Part shown: positions 47,182 to 56,400 of the stretch, piece after piece
How the letters are laid out: every line of letters starts with the position of its first letter
Position numbering within the stretch: position 1 is the stretch's first letter
Source of the DNA: an uncultured Muribaculaceae bacterium
GTDB lineage: Bacteria > Bacillota_I > Bacilli_A > RF39 > UBA660
Assembly: GCA_964493665.1 (NCBI GenBank)
Contig: CAZBOZ010000003.1
Span: 1,646 to 65,645 of the forward strand
Length of the DNA stretch: 64,000 nucleotides
Direction of reading: 5' to 3'
Program-made: the position numbers and the translations under genes
Notes under the pieces: generated by a model
The model's input: the letters and a program-made list of their open reading frames with translations, nothing else
The model's database searches: none
What the model was told of the DNA's origin: nothing

Positions 47182-48846
47182 TTGAATAATAGCATTCAGT
47201 TAAAAATAAATGGTGTAACAAATAGTTATCCAACAGGTATAACCCTTTTTGAATTAAGCAAATATTTTCAAGATAAAATGCCAAATCCTATAATAGCAGC
47301 AAAGCTGAATAATATTGTTGCCCCTCTTTATAATACAGTCAAAAAAAGTTGTGAAATAAGTTTTATTGATGTTAATGATATAAATGGTCAGTCAATGTAT
47401 TTGGCGGGGTTAAAATTCATTCTTTTAGTAGCTGTAAAAGAATTATTTGGTTCTTCTGCTGATGTAGAATATTTAAATTCTTTAGACAAAGGCATATATG
47501 CCGAAGCTAAAATAGGACAACAATTGACCAAAGAAATTATTGAAAAAATAATGGCTAAAATGAATGAATTAATTGAATCAAACCTATTGTTTGAAAAAAT
47601 AATAGTAAATAAAAAAGAAGCTATTAATTTTTTATTCCAAAATGGTGAAATTGAAAAAGCTAAAAATATTCAGAATCTATCTAATAGTACAGTTGTATTT
47701 TTTAAATTAAAAAATTATTTTAATTATTTTTATACTGAACTGCCATATAGTACTAAAGCAATAAATAAATATGCAATAGATATTGATGACAACAATCATT
47801 TAATATTAAGATTCCCAACAGCTAGGAGCAATAATCAAATACCAGAATTTAGCCATTGTTATAAAACTCTTCAATGTTTCTGCCAATATCGAGATTGGTT
47901 AAATGAAGTTAAAGTTCCTTTTGTGGCCAATTTAAATGATTTGGTTTCTGAAAACAAAATAAAAGAGTTTATGCAAATAAGCGAAATATATTCTAATAAT
48001 CAGTTCCAAGATTTGGCTAGAAAGATCAAAGAAAGAAAGAATGTAAAAATCATTTTAATGGCTGGGCCATCATCTTCTGGTAAGACAACTAGCGCCCATA
48101 AATTGGCTTTATACTTAAAATACAATGGTCTTGATTCAATTATAATATCTGCTGATAATTATTACAAAGAAAAAGAAAATTATGAGAAAAACGAAGATGG
48201 TGAAATTGATTTTGAATCACCAAATAATGTAGATGCTAAGCTTCTTGATGAACAAATTTTAGATATGTTAAATGGTAAAGAAGTATCTTTACCAAAGTTT
48301 AATTTCTTTACAGGTAGCAAAGAATATAAAGGCAAAGTTGCTAAGCTAAAAGAAGATACCATTATAATATTAGAAGGTATTCATTGTTTAAATGGATACT
48401 TTGCCTCCCAAATTCCAGAGGAAAATAAATATAGGGTATATGTTAGTCCTTTTATGCCACTTAGAATAGATAAACACAATCATATTTCAACTGTCGATCT
48501 TAGATTGCTTAGAAGAATAGTGAGAGATGCTGTTTTTAGAGGGTATAATGTTGATGATACCATAGCTGGATGGGAAAGGGTTCGTAAGGGTGAAGAAAAA
48601 TATATATTCCCTTACCAAGAAGATGTTGATTTTACTTTAAACACTTCTTTAGCATTTGAATTAGGATTATTAAAGGTATATGCAGAACCGCTTCTTTATT
48701 CAGTTCCAGTTAATTCAATATATTATGATGAAGCAAGAAGATTACTTGGGTATTTAAGAATATATTTACCCATAACTAGTGAATATTTAGCTGATAATTC
48801 TATATTAAGAGAATTTACTGGTGGCAGTATGTTTAATCCTTATTAG
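47182..48846 (+). CDS. TGS-like N-terminal domain fused to a uridine kinase/PRK-family nucleoside kinase
   Basis: 554 aa with a TTG start. P-loop GPSSSGKTT at about residue 295 and a udk-like C-terminal half (ILEGIHCLN...RRIVRD). The N-terminal half resembles the ThrRS-type TGS/second-additional-domain region. Confidence 0.65.
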   Translation: MNNSIQLKINGVTNSYPTGITLFELSKYFQDKMPNPIIAAKLNNIVAPLYNTVKKSCEISFIDVNDINGQSMYLAGLKFILLVAVKELFGSSADVEYLNSLDKGIYAEAKIGQQLTKEIIEKIMAKMNELIESNLLFEKIIVNKKEAINFLFQNGEIEKAKNIQNLSNSTVVFFKLKNYFNYFYTELPYSTKAINKYAIDIDDNNHLILRFPTARSNNQIPEFSHCYKTLQCFCQYRDWLNEVKVPFVANLNDLVSENKIKEFMQISEIYSNNQFQDLARKIKERKNVKIILMAGPSSSGKTTSAHKLALYLKYNGLDSIIISADNYYKEKENYEKNEDGEIDFESPNNVDAKLLDEQILDMLNGKEVSLPKFNFFTGSKEYKGKVAKLKEDTIIILEGIHCLNGYFASQIPEENKYRVYVSPFMPLRIDKHNHISTVDLRLLRRIVRDAVFRGYNVDDTIAGWERVRKGEEKYIFPYQEDVDFTLNTSLAFELGLLKVYAEPLLYSVPVNSIYYDEARRLLGYLRIYLPITSEYLADNSILREFTGGSMFNPY

Positions 48847-48861
48847 AAAGAAGGAATAAAA

Positions 48862-49869
48862 ATGATAAAAGTTGCTATTAATGGTTTTGGCAGAATAGGT
48901 AGGCTGGCTTTTAGAGAATTGATTTTAAATAAAGATTATCAAGTAGTTGCTATTAATGATTTAACTAGTGCTAGTGATTTGGCTTATTATTTAAAATATG
49001 ATACTAATCATCGTTCTTTTTATCCAAATTATATAACCAGTGACGCAGATGGAATAATTTTTAATGGAACCAAAACTAAAGTATTTAATGAAACAGATCC
49101 ATCTAATTTACCATGGCGAGATTTAGAAGTAGATGTGGTTTTAGAGTGCACGGGTAAATTCACTGACTATGAAGCTGCCATGAAACATATTAATGCTGGA
49201 GCCAAAAAAGTTTTAATAAGTGCCCCAGGCAAAGGTGATATGAAAACCATTGTTTATAATGTTAATGATAATATTTTGGATGGTAGTGAGCAAATTATTT
49301 CAGCAGCCAGTTGTACCACTAATTGTTTGGCGCCAGTATTAAAAATAATTAATGATAATATTGGTATAGTAAAAGGCTTTATGAGTACTATTCACGCCTA
49401 TACAAATGATCAAGAAACACTAGATATACCTCATAAAAAAGGAATAGAATCAAGAAGAGGAAGAGCGGCGGCCCAAAATATTATTCCTACCTCCACTGGC
49501 GCTGCCAGTTCCATTGGTTTAGTTATACCAGACTTAAAGGGAAAGCTTGATGGTTGTGCTTACCGAGTTCCTGTTAGTGATGGCTCACTTATTGATGTTA
49601 CTTTAGAACTAAAAAGAAATACTAGTATCGAAGAAATAAATGGGCTATTCAAAAGTAATCAAAATGATACCGTAATGTACACTGAAGATCCTATTGTATC
49701 AAGTGATATATTGGGAAAAAGAATTGGAGCTTTAGTCGATGGCTTATCTACTAATATAGTAGAGGTTGATGGCAAACAACTTGTTAAAATAGTTGCTTGG
49801 TATGATAATGAAGTCGGTTATACAGTTCAAATGATAAAGACATTTAGTAAATTATTTAAGCAACTTTAA
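48862..49869 (+). CDS. gap: type I glyceraldehyde-3-phosphate dehydrogenase
   Basis: Begins INGFGRIGR. Catalytic ASCTTNC and WYDNE. Confidence 0.96.
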   Translation: MIKVAINGFGRIGRLAFRELILNKDYQVVAINDLTSASDLAYYLKYDTNHRSFYPNYITSDADGIIFNGTKTKVFNETDPSNLPWRDLEVDVVLECTGKFTDYEAAMKHINAGAKKVLISAPGKGDMKTIVYNVNDNILDGSEQIISAASCTTNCLAPVLKIINDNIGIVKGFMSTIHAYTNDQETLDIPHKKGIESRRGRAAAQNIIPTSTGAASSIGLVIPDLKGKLDGCAYRVPVSDGSLIDVTLELKRNTSIEEINGLFKSNQNDTVMYTEDPIVSSDILGKRIGALVDGLSTNIVEVDGKQLVKIVAWYDNEVGYTVQMIKTFSKLFKQL

Positions 49870-49883
49870 AAAAGTTGTTTTTT
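49861..49883 (+). terminator. intrinsic terminator after gap (stem includes the stop codon)
   Basis: CAACTTT-AAA-AAAGTTG followed by TTTTTT. Confidence 0.55.
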
Positions 49884-49943
49884 CTTGTAAAAAAACTAAA
49901 AATGTATTATTCTTATATTAGAAAAGATAGGTGAGTTTTTTTA

Positions 49944-52900
49944 ATGAGAAGAAAAGTTTGGAATCTGGTATGTATTTTAGGATTTACAGTTTTAGCCTGT
50001 GGCCTTTACCTTTTCGCAGGTAATAATTTACCACAAAGTTGGGCAATGACTGATGGCGGCTGTGGTGGTTATTATTCTTATCCGCCTAGATGTAGCGAAG
50101 GATATTATTCTTCAACGCTATATTATAATGGTAGAACTTGCTACAGAGCTTGTACTAAAAAGCCAACATCGGGAAGCGGCTGTGGCAGTTATTATTCTTA
50201 TCCTCCTAGATGTAGCGAAGGCTATTCTTCATCTTCGGTAACATATAATGGTTTAACTTGTTACACAGCGTGTACTAAAACGGCAACGGCCGGATGTGGC
50301 AGTTATTATTCTTATCCTCCTAGATGTAGCGAAGGGTATAGTACAGAAACAGTTGCTTACGGCGGAAGAATTTGCTATACAGCATGTGCAAAAAAAACAA
50401 TACCTACGAATACATCAGACTTTTGTGAACACGGCTATGCTTTCAGCACACTAGATTCGGCGTCAGCTTTTTGTAGTGAATTAGGATATTTAGACTATGC
50501 ACAAATAAGTGTGACTACAAGCGGGAAATATTGTGTTTCTTGTACGGGATCGAGTTCTACTTGTCAAAGTGTTTATGGCGAGTTAGATGATCAAGCAGCA
50601 GCTATTGAAAAATGTGGTGGAGCCAAATACGTATCTATAAATAAAAGGCAATTAACCCAATATAAACAAGCGACGTGTTATAGTTGTATTTCAAGGGACT
50701 TGCGTTATGAAGTTTTGAGATGCGAACCAGATACCGTTAATGCATGCGAAACCAAGGCTGCTTGTGAAGCTGTTGGTGGAAAATGGGATTCTGGCATTTG
50801 CAAAAAAAGCTATGAAACTTATTATGCTTTTTGTCAATCAAAAGGTTATACAAATGAAAGGCCAACTTGTCCGGATGGATATGATTATGATTATATTTCA
50901 GATAAAGCGTTTGATAGTGAAGGCGAAACGTATGTTTGGGTTTGCTACTCTCAATGTAAATGGCGAGAAAGAAATTCTGATGATGACTTCTGTGAAAAAT
51001 ATGGATTGTTAGCAGATAGACCTCAATGTGACGACGGATACTATTCTGCTGGTAGTAGCTTTTTAATACCAGACGATGATAGTTATCATAAGGGTATGTG
51101 CTTTACTCCATGTACTAAAGCTGATGGTGAATTAGATGTCGAACTTAAATACATTATAACTTCCGAATATGAGGATATGCTCGCTTTTGTAAAAATTTAT
51201 ACTAAAGCTGGATGGCGTTATAAAATATTAACAGATCCGGTTACTCCCGATGAAATTTCAGATGAAGGATGGAAATCGGGGAATAGTGAAAATGAGATGA
51301 CACTTAGTGTTGATTCGGACGATGGAACCGTTTACATATATAATCAAACGCCAGAGGGAGACGTGTATTTAAGTGGGGACATAGCAATAATAGTTCCTGC
51401 GAGCAATGCTATTAAAGGAATAGTTACATCATATGATGTTGGGTCCGAAATTTTAGCAAAGTATTATAGTGGCGAATCAATGACTTTGGAAGAAATATAT
51501 GAATTGGCTGGTTATAACATTATGGAGCCAAATTCTTCAAGAAGGTATTCGGTAAAATCGGGAATAGTTAGTTTGGGATTATCAAATCAACATACAATAC
51601 TAAAATTAGAAAATACATCTGAAAAAACATTGACGGTTGATCCTGATACGGGGCTATTGTTATATACATTGACTGATGCAGAAAAAGCCGCTTTAGGAAT
51701 AACTACTGAGAAAGTTTATGTTGTGGCATCTAAACCAGAAGCAAGACTATCTCGAAATGATGATGGCACATTTGTGAAAGATTCAGAAGGAGATGTTGTT
51801 GCAGCCGCTAAAAATGAATTAGGAACATTATATAAAATTATGCCCACAGATCTTATACCTACAATGAAAGAAACAGTTTTCTATGCTATTAATTTAACTT
51901 ATCTAGAAGATGCTGATTATGCTGATCCTAATACTTGGAACGATTTAAAGCTATTAAGTTATAATAGTGAAGCAAGTATTGATACAGATTTTAGATTTGA
52001 AATAGTAAGAAATGGTTGGGATGATATAGTAAAACAAATAAGTAATTATAAAGAATCGTATGAAATAGTCCCACTAGCAAGTTCTACTACTGAAAACTTA
52101 GGAACCTTTTATGTCGATTTTGAATCAGACGTTAATCAGTATGAATTCTCGGTATATGCTGACCAAATAGCGTTAAATCCAGTTTTGGTTTATACGGATT
52201 CAGAATTTGTTGATGGCTACGGGCCAAGAACAGTAGATTTGGAATACGGTTTAAATGTTGAATATATAAAAGTTGAAAGTGCCAAAGGAAGTATTAGAAC
52301 TTACACATTATTAATAACAAGGTTGGATGATAGAAGTAGTGATAACACATTAAAATCACTAGTAGCTAGAGATGTTTCCTTAACTCCTTCCTTCGCAAGA
52401 TATACTAATGAATATTATGGAACGGTTGCAAATGATGTTTCAGAAGTAGAAATAGCTGCTGAAAAAAATGATAGTAGCGCAACATTTGTAGAAGGTTATG
52501 GATCTAGAACAGAAGAATTAAAAGTAGGCGAAAACACTATTTTAGTAAAAGTTAAAAGTGAAACTGGATCTGAAAGAATATATAAAGTCATAATAACCAG
52601 AGCAGGAACTCCAGAACCAGTAGTGGTCGATGAAACAAAGAGTTCTAACAATGATTTAAGTGAAGTTACTATTAGTTCAGGCAACTTAATGTTTGAGCCA
52701 GATGTAACAGATTATAACTTATATGTATCAAACGATATTACGAGTATCCTAGTAACTCCAACGGCAGATGATGAAAATGCGACAGTTGAAATAATTGGTG
52801 GAGATGATTTACAAATTGGTTCAAATAAAATTGAAACAATAGTAACTGCCGAAAGCGGCGAAACCCAAACATACACAATAAACGTAATAAGAAAAGAAGC

Positions 52901-53303
52901 TGGCTATGCAATTTCGACAGATTCAACTTTAAGTACATTAAATATAGCAGGTGAAAAAATATCATTTGATCCATTAAACTACTTGTATAATGTTGTTATA
53001 TTCTCTGGAACAGAAGAATTAGCATTTGACTTAGCGGCGTCAAACAGCAATGCCCAAATAGAAGTTATTGGCAACATGGAATTGTCTGACTTTACTACCG
53101 TAAAAATAAAAGTTATTGCAGAGGATGGCAGTTACTCAATATATGATATTAATGTAAGAGTAGAAACCATTACAATTGGTGAAATAATTGCGTTCGTAGT
53201 TTGCTCAATCTTAGTTACTGGCTTAATAGTATATGGAACGATAACTAGAAACAGAAAACAAAAAGAATTAAAATTAAAAGAAAAAGAAGATCTTATAAAT
53301 TAA
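49944..53303 (+). CDS. large membrane-anchored surface protein: N-terminal Cys-rich repeat region plus four C-terminal cadherin-like beta-sandwich domains
   Basis: 1119 aa with an N-terminal signal/TM. There are 32 Cys between residues 40 and about 392, including 3 tandem CG.YYSYPPRCSEGY...CY.AC.K units. The C-terminal part has repeats of the L..L.....L.P.F......Y...V...........A.......V.......L..G.N.I...V.AE.G....Y.I.V.R type. A C-terminal TM is followed by a basic tail (TRNRKQKELKLKEKE). Confidence 0.8.
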   Translation: MRRKVWNLVCILGFTVLACGLYLFAGNNLPQSWAMTDGGCGGYYSYPPRCSEGYYSSTLYYNGRTCYRACTKKPTSGSGCGSYYSYPPRCSEGYSSSSVTYNGLTCYTACTKTATAGCGSYYSYPPRCSEGYSTETVAYGGRICYTACAKKTIPTNTSDFCEHGYAFSTLDSASAFCSELGYLDYAQISVTTSGKYCVSCTGSSSTCQSVYGELDDQAAAIEKCGGAKYVSINKRQLTQYKQATCYSCISRDLRYEVLRCEPDTVNACETKAACEAVGGKWDSGICKKSYETYYAFCQSKGYTNERPTCPDGYDYDYISDKAFDSEGETYVWVCYSQCKWRERNSDDDFCEKYGLLADRPQCDDGYYSAGSSFLIPDDDSYHKGMCFTPCTKADGELDVELKYIITSEYEDMLAFVKIYTKAGWRYKILTDPVTPDEISDEGWKSGNSENEMTLSVDSDDGTVYIYNQTPEGDVYLSGDIAIIVPASNAIKGIVTSYDVGSEILAKYYSGESMTLEEIYELAGYNIMEPNSSRRYSVKSGIVSLGLSNQHTILKLENTSEKTLTVDPDTGLLLYTLTDAEKAALGITTEKVYVVASKPEARLSRNDDGTFVKDSEGDVVAAAKNELGTLYKIMPTDLIPTMKETVFYAINLTYLEDADYADPNTWNDLKLLSYNSEASIDTDFRFEIVRNGWDDIVKQISNYKESYEIVPLASSTTENLGTFYVDFESDVNQYEFSVYADQIALNPVLVYTDSEFVDGYGPRTVDLEYGLNVEYIKVESAKGSIRTYTLLITRLDDRSSDNTLKSLVARDVSLTPSFARYTNEYYGTVANDVSEVEIAAEKNDSSATFVEGYGSRTEELKVGENTILVKVKSETGSERIYKVIITRAGTPEPVVVDETKSSNNDLSEVTISSGNLMFEPDVTDYNLYVSNDITSILVTPTADDENATVEIIGGDDLQIGSNKIETIVTAESGETQTYTINVIRKEAGYAISTDSTLSTLNIAGEKISFDPLNYLYNVVIFSGTEELAFDLAASNSNAQIEVIGNMELSDFTTVKIKVIAEDGSYSIYDINVRVETITIGEIIAFVVCSILVTGLIVYGTITRNRKQKELKLKEKEDLIN
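50058..50393 (+). repeat. in-frame tandem DNA repeat (three units, periods about 120 and 114 nt) encoding the CG.YYSYPPRCSEGY module
   Basis: Near-identical stretches GGCTGTGGCAGTTATTATTCTTATCCTCCTAGATGTAGCGAAGG start near 50058, 50178 and 50292. Confidence 0.85.
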
Positions 53304-53313
53304 GATCTTTTTT
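53287..53313 (+). terminator. intrinsic terminator after the surface protein gene (stop codon inside the stem)
   Basis: AAGATCTTA-TAAAT-TAAGATCTT perfect 9-bp stem followed by TTTT. Confidence 0.65.
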
Positions 53314-53338
53314 ATTGCAAAAAAATTGTATTTACCCC

Positions 53339-53367
53339 TAGACAAAAGCCTTTTATATTGCTATAAT
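53339..53367 (+). promoter_or_regulatory. candidate promoter of the S10 operon (TAGACA-17-TGcTATAAT)
   Basis: -35-like TAGACA at 53339-53344 and an extended -10 TGCTATAAT ending at 53367. Confidence 0.5.
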
Positions 53368-53499
53368 CTAGTTCGTATGACTGCTAAGATGTGCGAGGTT
53401 GTTGATACACTAGGCGAGGTTGTTAAATAAATTGCCTTTTATCAGGTTATTTGCACGGAGCGAGTCTGTACTAGATATAGACGAAGGGAGGACATGAAA

Positions 53500-53808
53500 A
53501 TGTCAAAGGAGAAAGTTCGAATTAGACTAAAAGCTTATGATCATAGAACGTTAGATCAAGCGGCTATTAGAATAATTGAAACAGTAAAAAGAACTGGAGG
53601 AATTGTATCAGGTCCAGTACCTCTTCCAACTGAAATCGAAAAGGTAACAGTTTTAAGAGCGGTACATAAGTACAAAGATTCAAGAGAACAATTTGAAATG
53701 CGTACTCATAAAAGACTTATCGATATAAAAGAACCTAGTAAAGAAACAATTGATGCTTTATCACATTTGGATTTACCAAGCGGAGTAGACATCGAAATTA
53801 AATTATAA
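53500..53808 (+). CDS. rpsJ: 30S ribosomal protein S10
   Basis: Start at the second ATG, 8 nt after GGGAGG. Begins [20 protein letters not shown]. Confidence 0.97.
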   Translation: MSKEKVRIRLKAYDHRTLDQAAIRIIETVKRTGGIVSGPVPLPTEIEKVTVLRAVHKYKDSREQFEMRTHKRLIDIKEPSKETIDALSHLDLPSGVDIEIKL

Positions 53809-53826
53809 TAATTGGAGGAAAAAATT

Positions 53827-54648
53827 ATGAAAGGAATCTTAGGACGTAAAATCGGGATGACCGAAGTATTTACGAAAAATGGAAAATTAATTCCAGTCAC
53901 AGTAGTTGAAGTGACTCCTAATGTAGTTACTCAAGTTAAAACAACTGAAAAAGATGGCTATGATAGTATTCAATTAGCTTTCTGTGATAAGAAAGAAAAA
54001 AATGCTAGTAAAGCTAGTATAGGACATACTAAAAAAGCTAACACCACTCCTAAGCGCTTCTTAAAAGAAATAAGAAATATGGAAGGCGCTTATACAGTAG
54101 GAGATCAAATAGGAGCAAATTTATTTGCTGCTGGAGAAGCAATCGATGTAACAGGAACAAGTAAAGGAAAAGGTTTCCAAGGCGTTATAAAGCGTTATAA
54201 TCAAACTCGTGGACCAATGACTCATGGATCTAGATATCATAGAGGACCTGGTTCATTAGGAACTATGAGACCGATGAGAGTATTTAAAGCTAAAAAATTA
54301 CCTGGTCATATGGGTAGTGAAACTGTTACTATTCAAAACCTAGAAATAATAGAAATTAATGCTAATGAAAATTATATTTTAGTAAGCGGTAATATACCTG
54401 GGCCTAAAAATGGTTTGGTATTAATAAGATCAGCAGCTAAAACTACTAAAAACAATACTCCTGCTGAATTAGTTAATTATGATGAAGAAACTGTTACTGA
54501 TGAAGTAATAGAAGAAGTTATAACAGAAGAAACATCTTCTGAAGCTATTGAAGATGCTACTGAAGCCGTTGAAGAAGAACCGATACAGGAAGAAACTACT
54601 GAAGAATCAACTGTTGAAGCAACAGCAGAAGAAGGAGCAGGTGAATAA
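53827..54648 (+). CDS. rplC: 50S ribosomal protein L3 with an acidic C-terminal extension of about 65 aa
   Basis: Start at [12 protein letters not shown] after GGAGG. The L3 core runs through ...[14 protein letters not shown] and is followed by an E/T-rich tail. Confidence 0.95.
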   Translation: MKGILGRKIGMTEVFTKNGKLIPVTVVEVTPNVVTQVKTTEKDGYDSIQLAFCDKKEKNASKASIGHTKKANTTPKRFLKEIRNMEGAYTVGDQIGANLFAAGEAIDVTGTSKGKGFQGVIKRYNQTRGPMTHGSRYHRGPGSLGTMRPMRVFKAKKLPGHMGSETVTIQNLEIIEINANENYILVSGNIPGPKNGLVLIRSAAKTTKNNTPAELVNYDEETVTDEVIEEVITEETSSEAIEDATEAVEEEPIQEETTEESTVEATAEEGAGE

Positions 54649-54650
54649 TA

Positions 54651-55274
54651 ATGGCAAAAATTAATATAATAAAATTAAATGGTGAAAAAGTTAAAGACTT
54701 GACTTTAGAAGATAGCATTTGGAATGTTGAAATTAACAAAGATATTCTAAGTAATGCTATAAGATTAGCTCTTGCTTCACTAAGACAAGGAACAAAGAAA
54801 ACCAAAACTCGTGGCGAAGTAAGTGGTAGTGGTAAAAAACCATGGAAGCAAAAAGGAACAGGACGTGCTCGTGCTGGCCAAAAAAGAAGTCCAATATGGA
54901 CTGGTGGAGGACATACATTTGCTTTAACAAATAGAGACTTCACATTTAAAATGAATAAAAAGGAAAGAACTACAGCTCTTAAGAGTGCGTTATCAAGCAA
55001 ATATCAAAATAAAGAATTAGTTGTTGTTGATGAAATTAAATTGTCAGAATTAAAAACTAAAACTTTAAATAATATTTTGAATACACTAAAACTAAATAAA
55101 AAAGTGTTATTTGTTACATCTGATGAAAATGAAAATTTATATATGGCGAGCAGAAATTTAAAAAATGTTGGTCATATTATGGCTAATGAAATAAATGTAC
55201 TAGATATTACTAATACTGATACTTTAGTTCTTGATGAAGCCGCTGTAAAATTTATTGAGGAGGTGCTTAAATAA
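54651..55274 (+). CDS. rplD: 50S ribosomal protein L4
   Basis: 207 aa. Has SGSGKKPWKQKGTGRARAG. Confidence 0.97.
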   Translation: MAKINIIKLNGEKVKDLTLEDSIWNVEINKDILSNAIRLALASLRQGTKKTKTRGEVSGSGKKPWKQKGTGRARAGQKRSPIWTGGGHTFALTNRDFTFKMNKKERTTALKSALSSKYQNKELVVVDEIKLSELKTKTLNNILNTLKLNKKVLFVTSDENENLYMASRNLKNVGHIMANEINVLDITNTDTLVLDEAAVKFIEEVLK

Positions 55275-55543
55275 TGAAAGATATTATTATTGCACCATTA
55301 ATAACTGAAAAAGTTAGCTCTCTTGCTAAAGATGGAAAAACTTATGTTTTTAAAGTAAGTAAGAAAGCTAATAAATATGAAATTAAAAAAGCAATCGAAG
55401 AATCTTTTGGCGTAAAAGTAGCTAGTGTTAATACTTCTATTACTAAACCAAAAGCTAAAAGAGTCGGAAAACATACCGGTCAAACTAAAACATTTAAAAA
55501 AGCAATCATCACTTTAGTTGATGGGCAAAGAATAGATGTTTAG
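55274..55543 (+). CDS. rplW: 50S ribosomal protein L23
   Basis: 89 aa. Begins IIIAPLITEK and has the FKV.K.ANK.EIK.A.E pattern. Confidence 0.95.
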   Translation: MKDIIIAPLITEKVSSLAKDGKTYVFKVSKKANKYEIKKAIEESFGVKVASVNTSITKPKAKRVGKHTGQTKTFKKAIITLVDGQRIDV

Positions 55544-55558
55544 AGAGGATGATTAGAA

Positions 55559-56395
55559 ATGCCAGTAAAGAATTATAAGCCTACTACAAATGGTAGAAGA
55601 GGCATGTCTACTTTGATAAATAGTGAAATCACCGCTAAAAAACCTGAAAAAAGTTTAACAGTATCTAAAAATAAAAGTGGTGGTCGAAACAATCAAGGCA
55701 GAATGACCGTAAGACATATTGGTGGTGGAGCAAAGCAAAAGTATCGTATCATTGACTTTAAACGTGATAAGTTTGATGTCGCCGGAAGAGTTGTATCAAT
55801 AGAGTATGATCCAAATAGAAATGCTAATATAGCTTTAATAGCTTATAAAGATGGTGAAAAAAGGTATATTTTAGCTCCTAAAGATTTGAAAGTTGATATG
55901 ATAATTTCTAGTGGCGATGCTGCCGATATAAAAGTAGGAAATGCGTTGCCTTTAAGAAGTATCCCGGTAGGTACTGTAGTTCATAATGTTGAACTAAAAC
56001 CTAAAAAAGGCGGAGAATTGTGTAGAGCCGCTGGAACAAGTGCTCAAATTCTCGGCAAAGAAGGCAAATATGTAATGTTAAGACTTCAAAGTGGTGAAAT
56101 GCGTAATATATTAGAAACGTGTATGGCTACAGTTGGAGCTGTTGGCAATGAAGATGCTGAACTTGTTAATTTAGGTAAAGCCGGACGTAAACGTCACATG
56201 GGCATTCGTCCAACTAATAGAGGTTCAGTTATGAACCCTAACGACCATCCACATGGTGGCGGCGAAGGTAGAGCACCTATAGGTAGAAAAGGGCCAGTTA
56301 CTCCTTGGGGTAAACCAGCTCTTGGATATAAAACTAGAAAATCTAAAAACAAATCAGACAAGCTTATTGTAAGTAGAAAGAAACCTAGGAGGTAA
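55559..56395 (+). CDS. rplB: 50S ribosomal protein L2
   Basis: 278 aa. Has [12 protein letters not shown]. Confidence 0.98.
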   Translation: MPVKNYKPTTNGRRGMSTLINSEITAKKPEKSLTVSKNKSGGRNNQGRMTVRHIGGGAKQKYRIIDFKRDKFDVAGRVVSIEYDPNRNANIALIAYKDGEKRYILAPKDLKVDMIISSGDAADIKVGNALPLRSIPVGTVVHNVELKPKKGGELCRAAGTSAQILGKEGKYVMLRLQSGEMRNILETCMATVGAVGNEDAELVNLGKAGRKRHMGIRPTNRGSVMNPNDHPHGGGEGRAPIGRKGPVTPWGKPALGYKTRKSKNKSDKLIVSRKKPRR

Positions 56396-56400
56396 TTGAT

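Noticed and set aside
50058-50393. Regularly spaced direct repeats that could superficially resemble a CRISPR array
   Set aside because: The repeats are contiguous, in frame and inside a long ORF encoding a repeated protein module. There are no unique spacers and no cas genes.
54596-55000. 134-aa minus-strand ORF spanning the rplC/rplD junction; other short antisense ORFs in the track are similar (for example 5473-5874, 11828-12232, 20903-21190, 57854-58111)
   Set aside because: All lie inside confidently identified housekeeping genes on the other strand and have compositionally biased translations. They are shadow ORFs.
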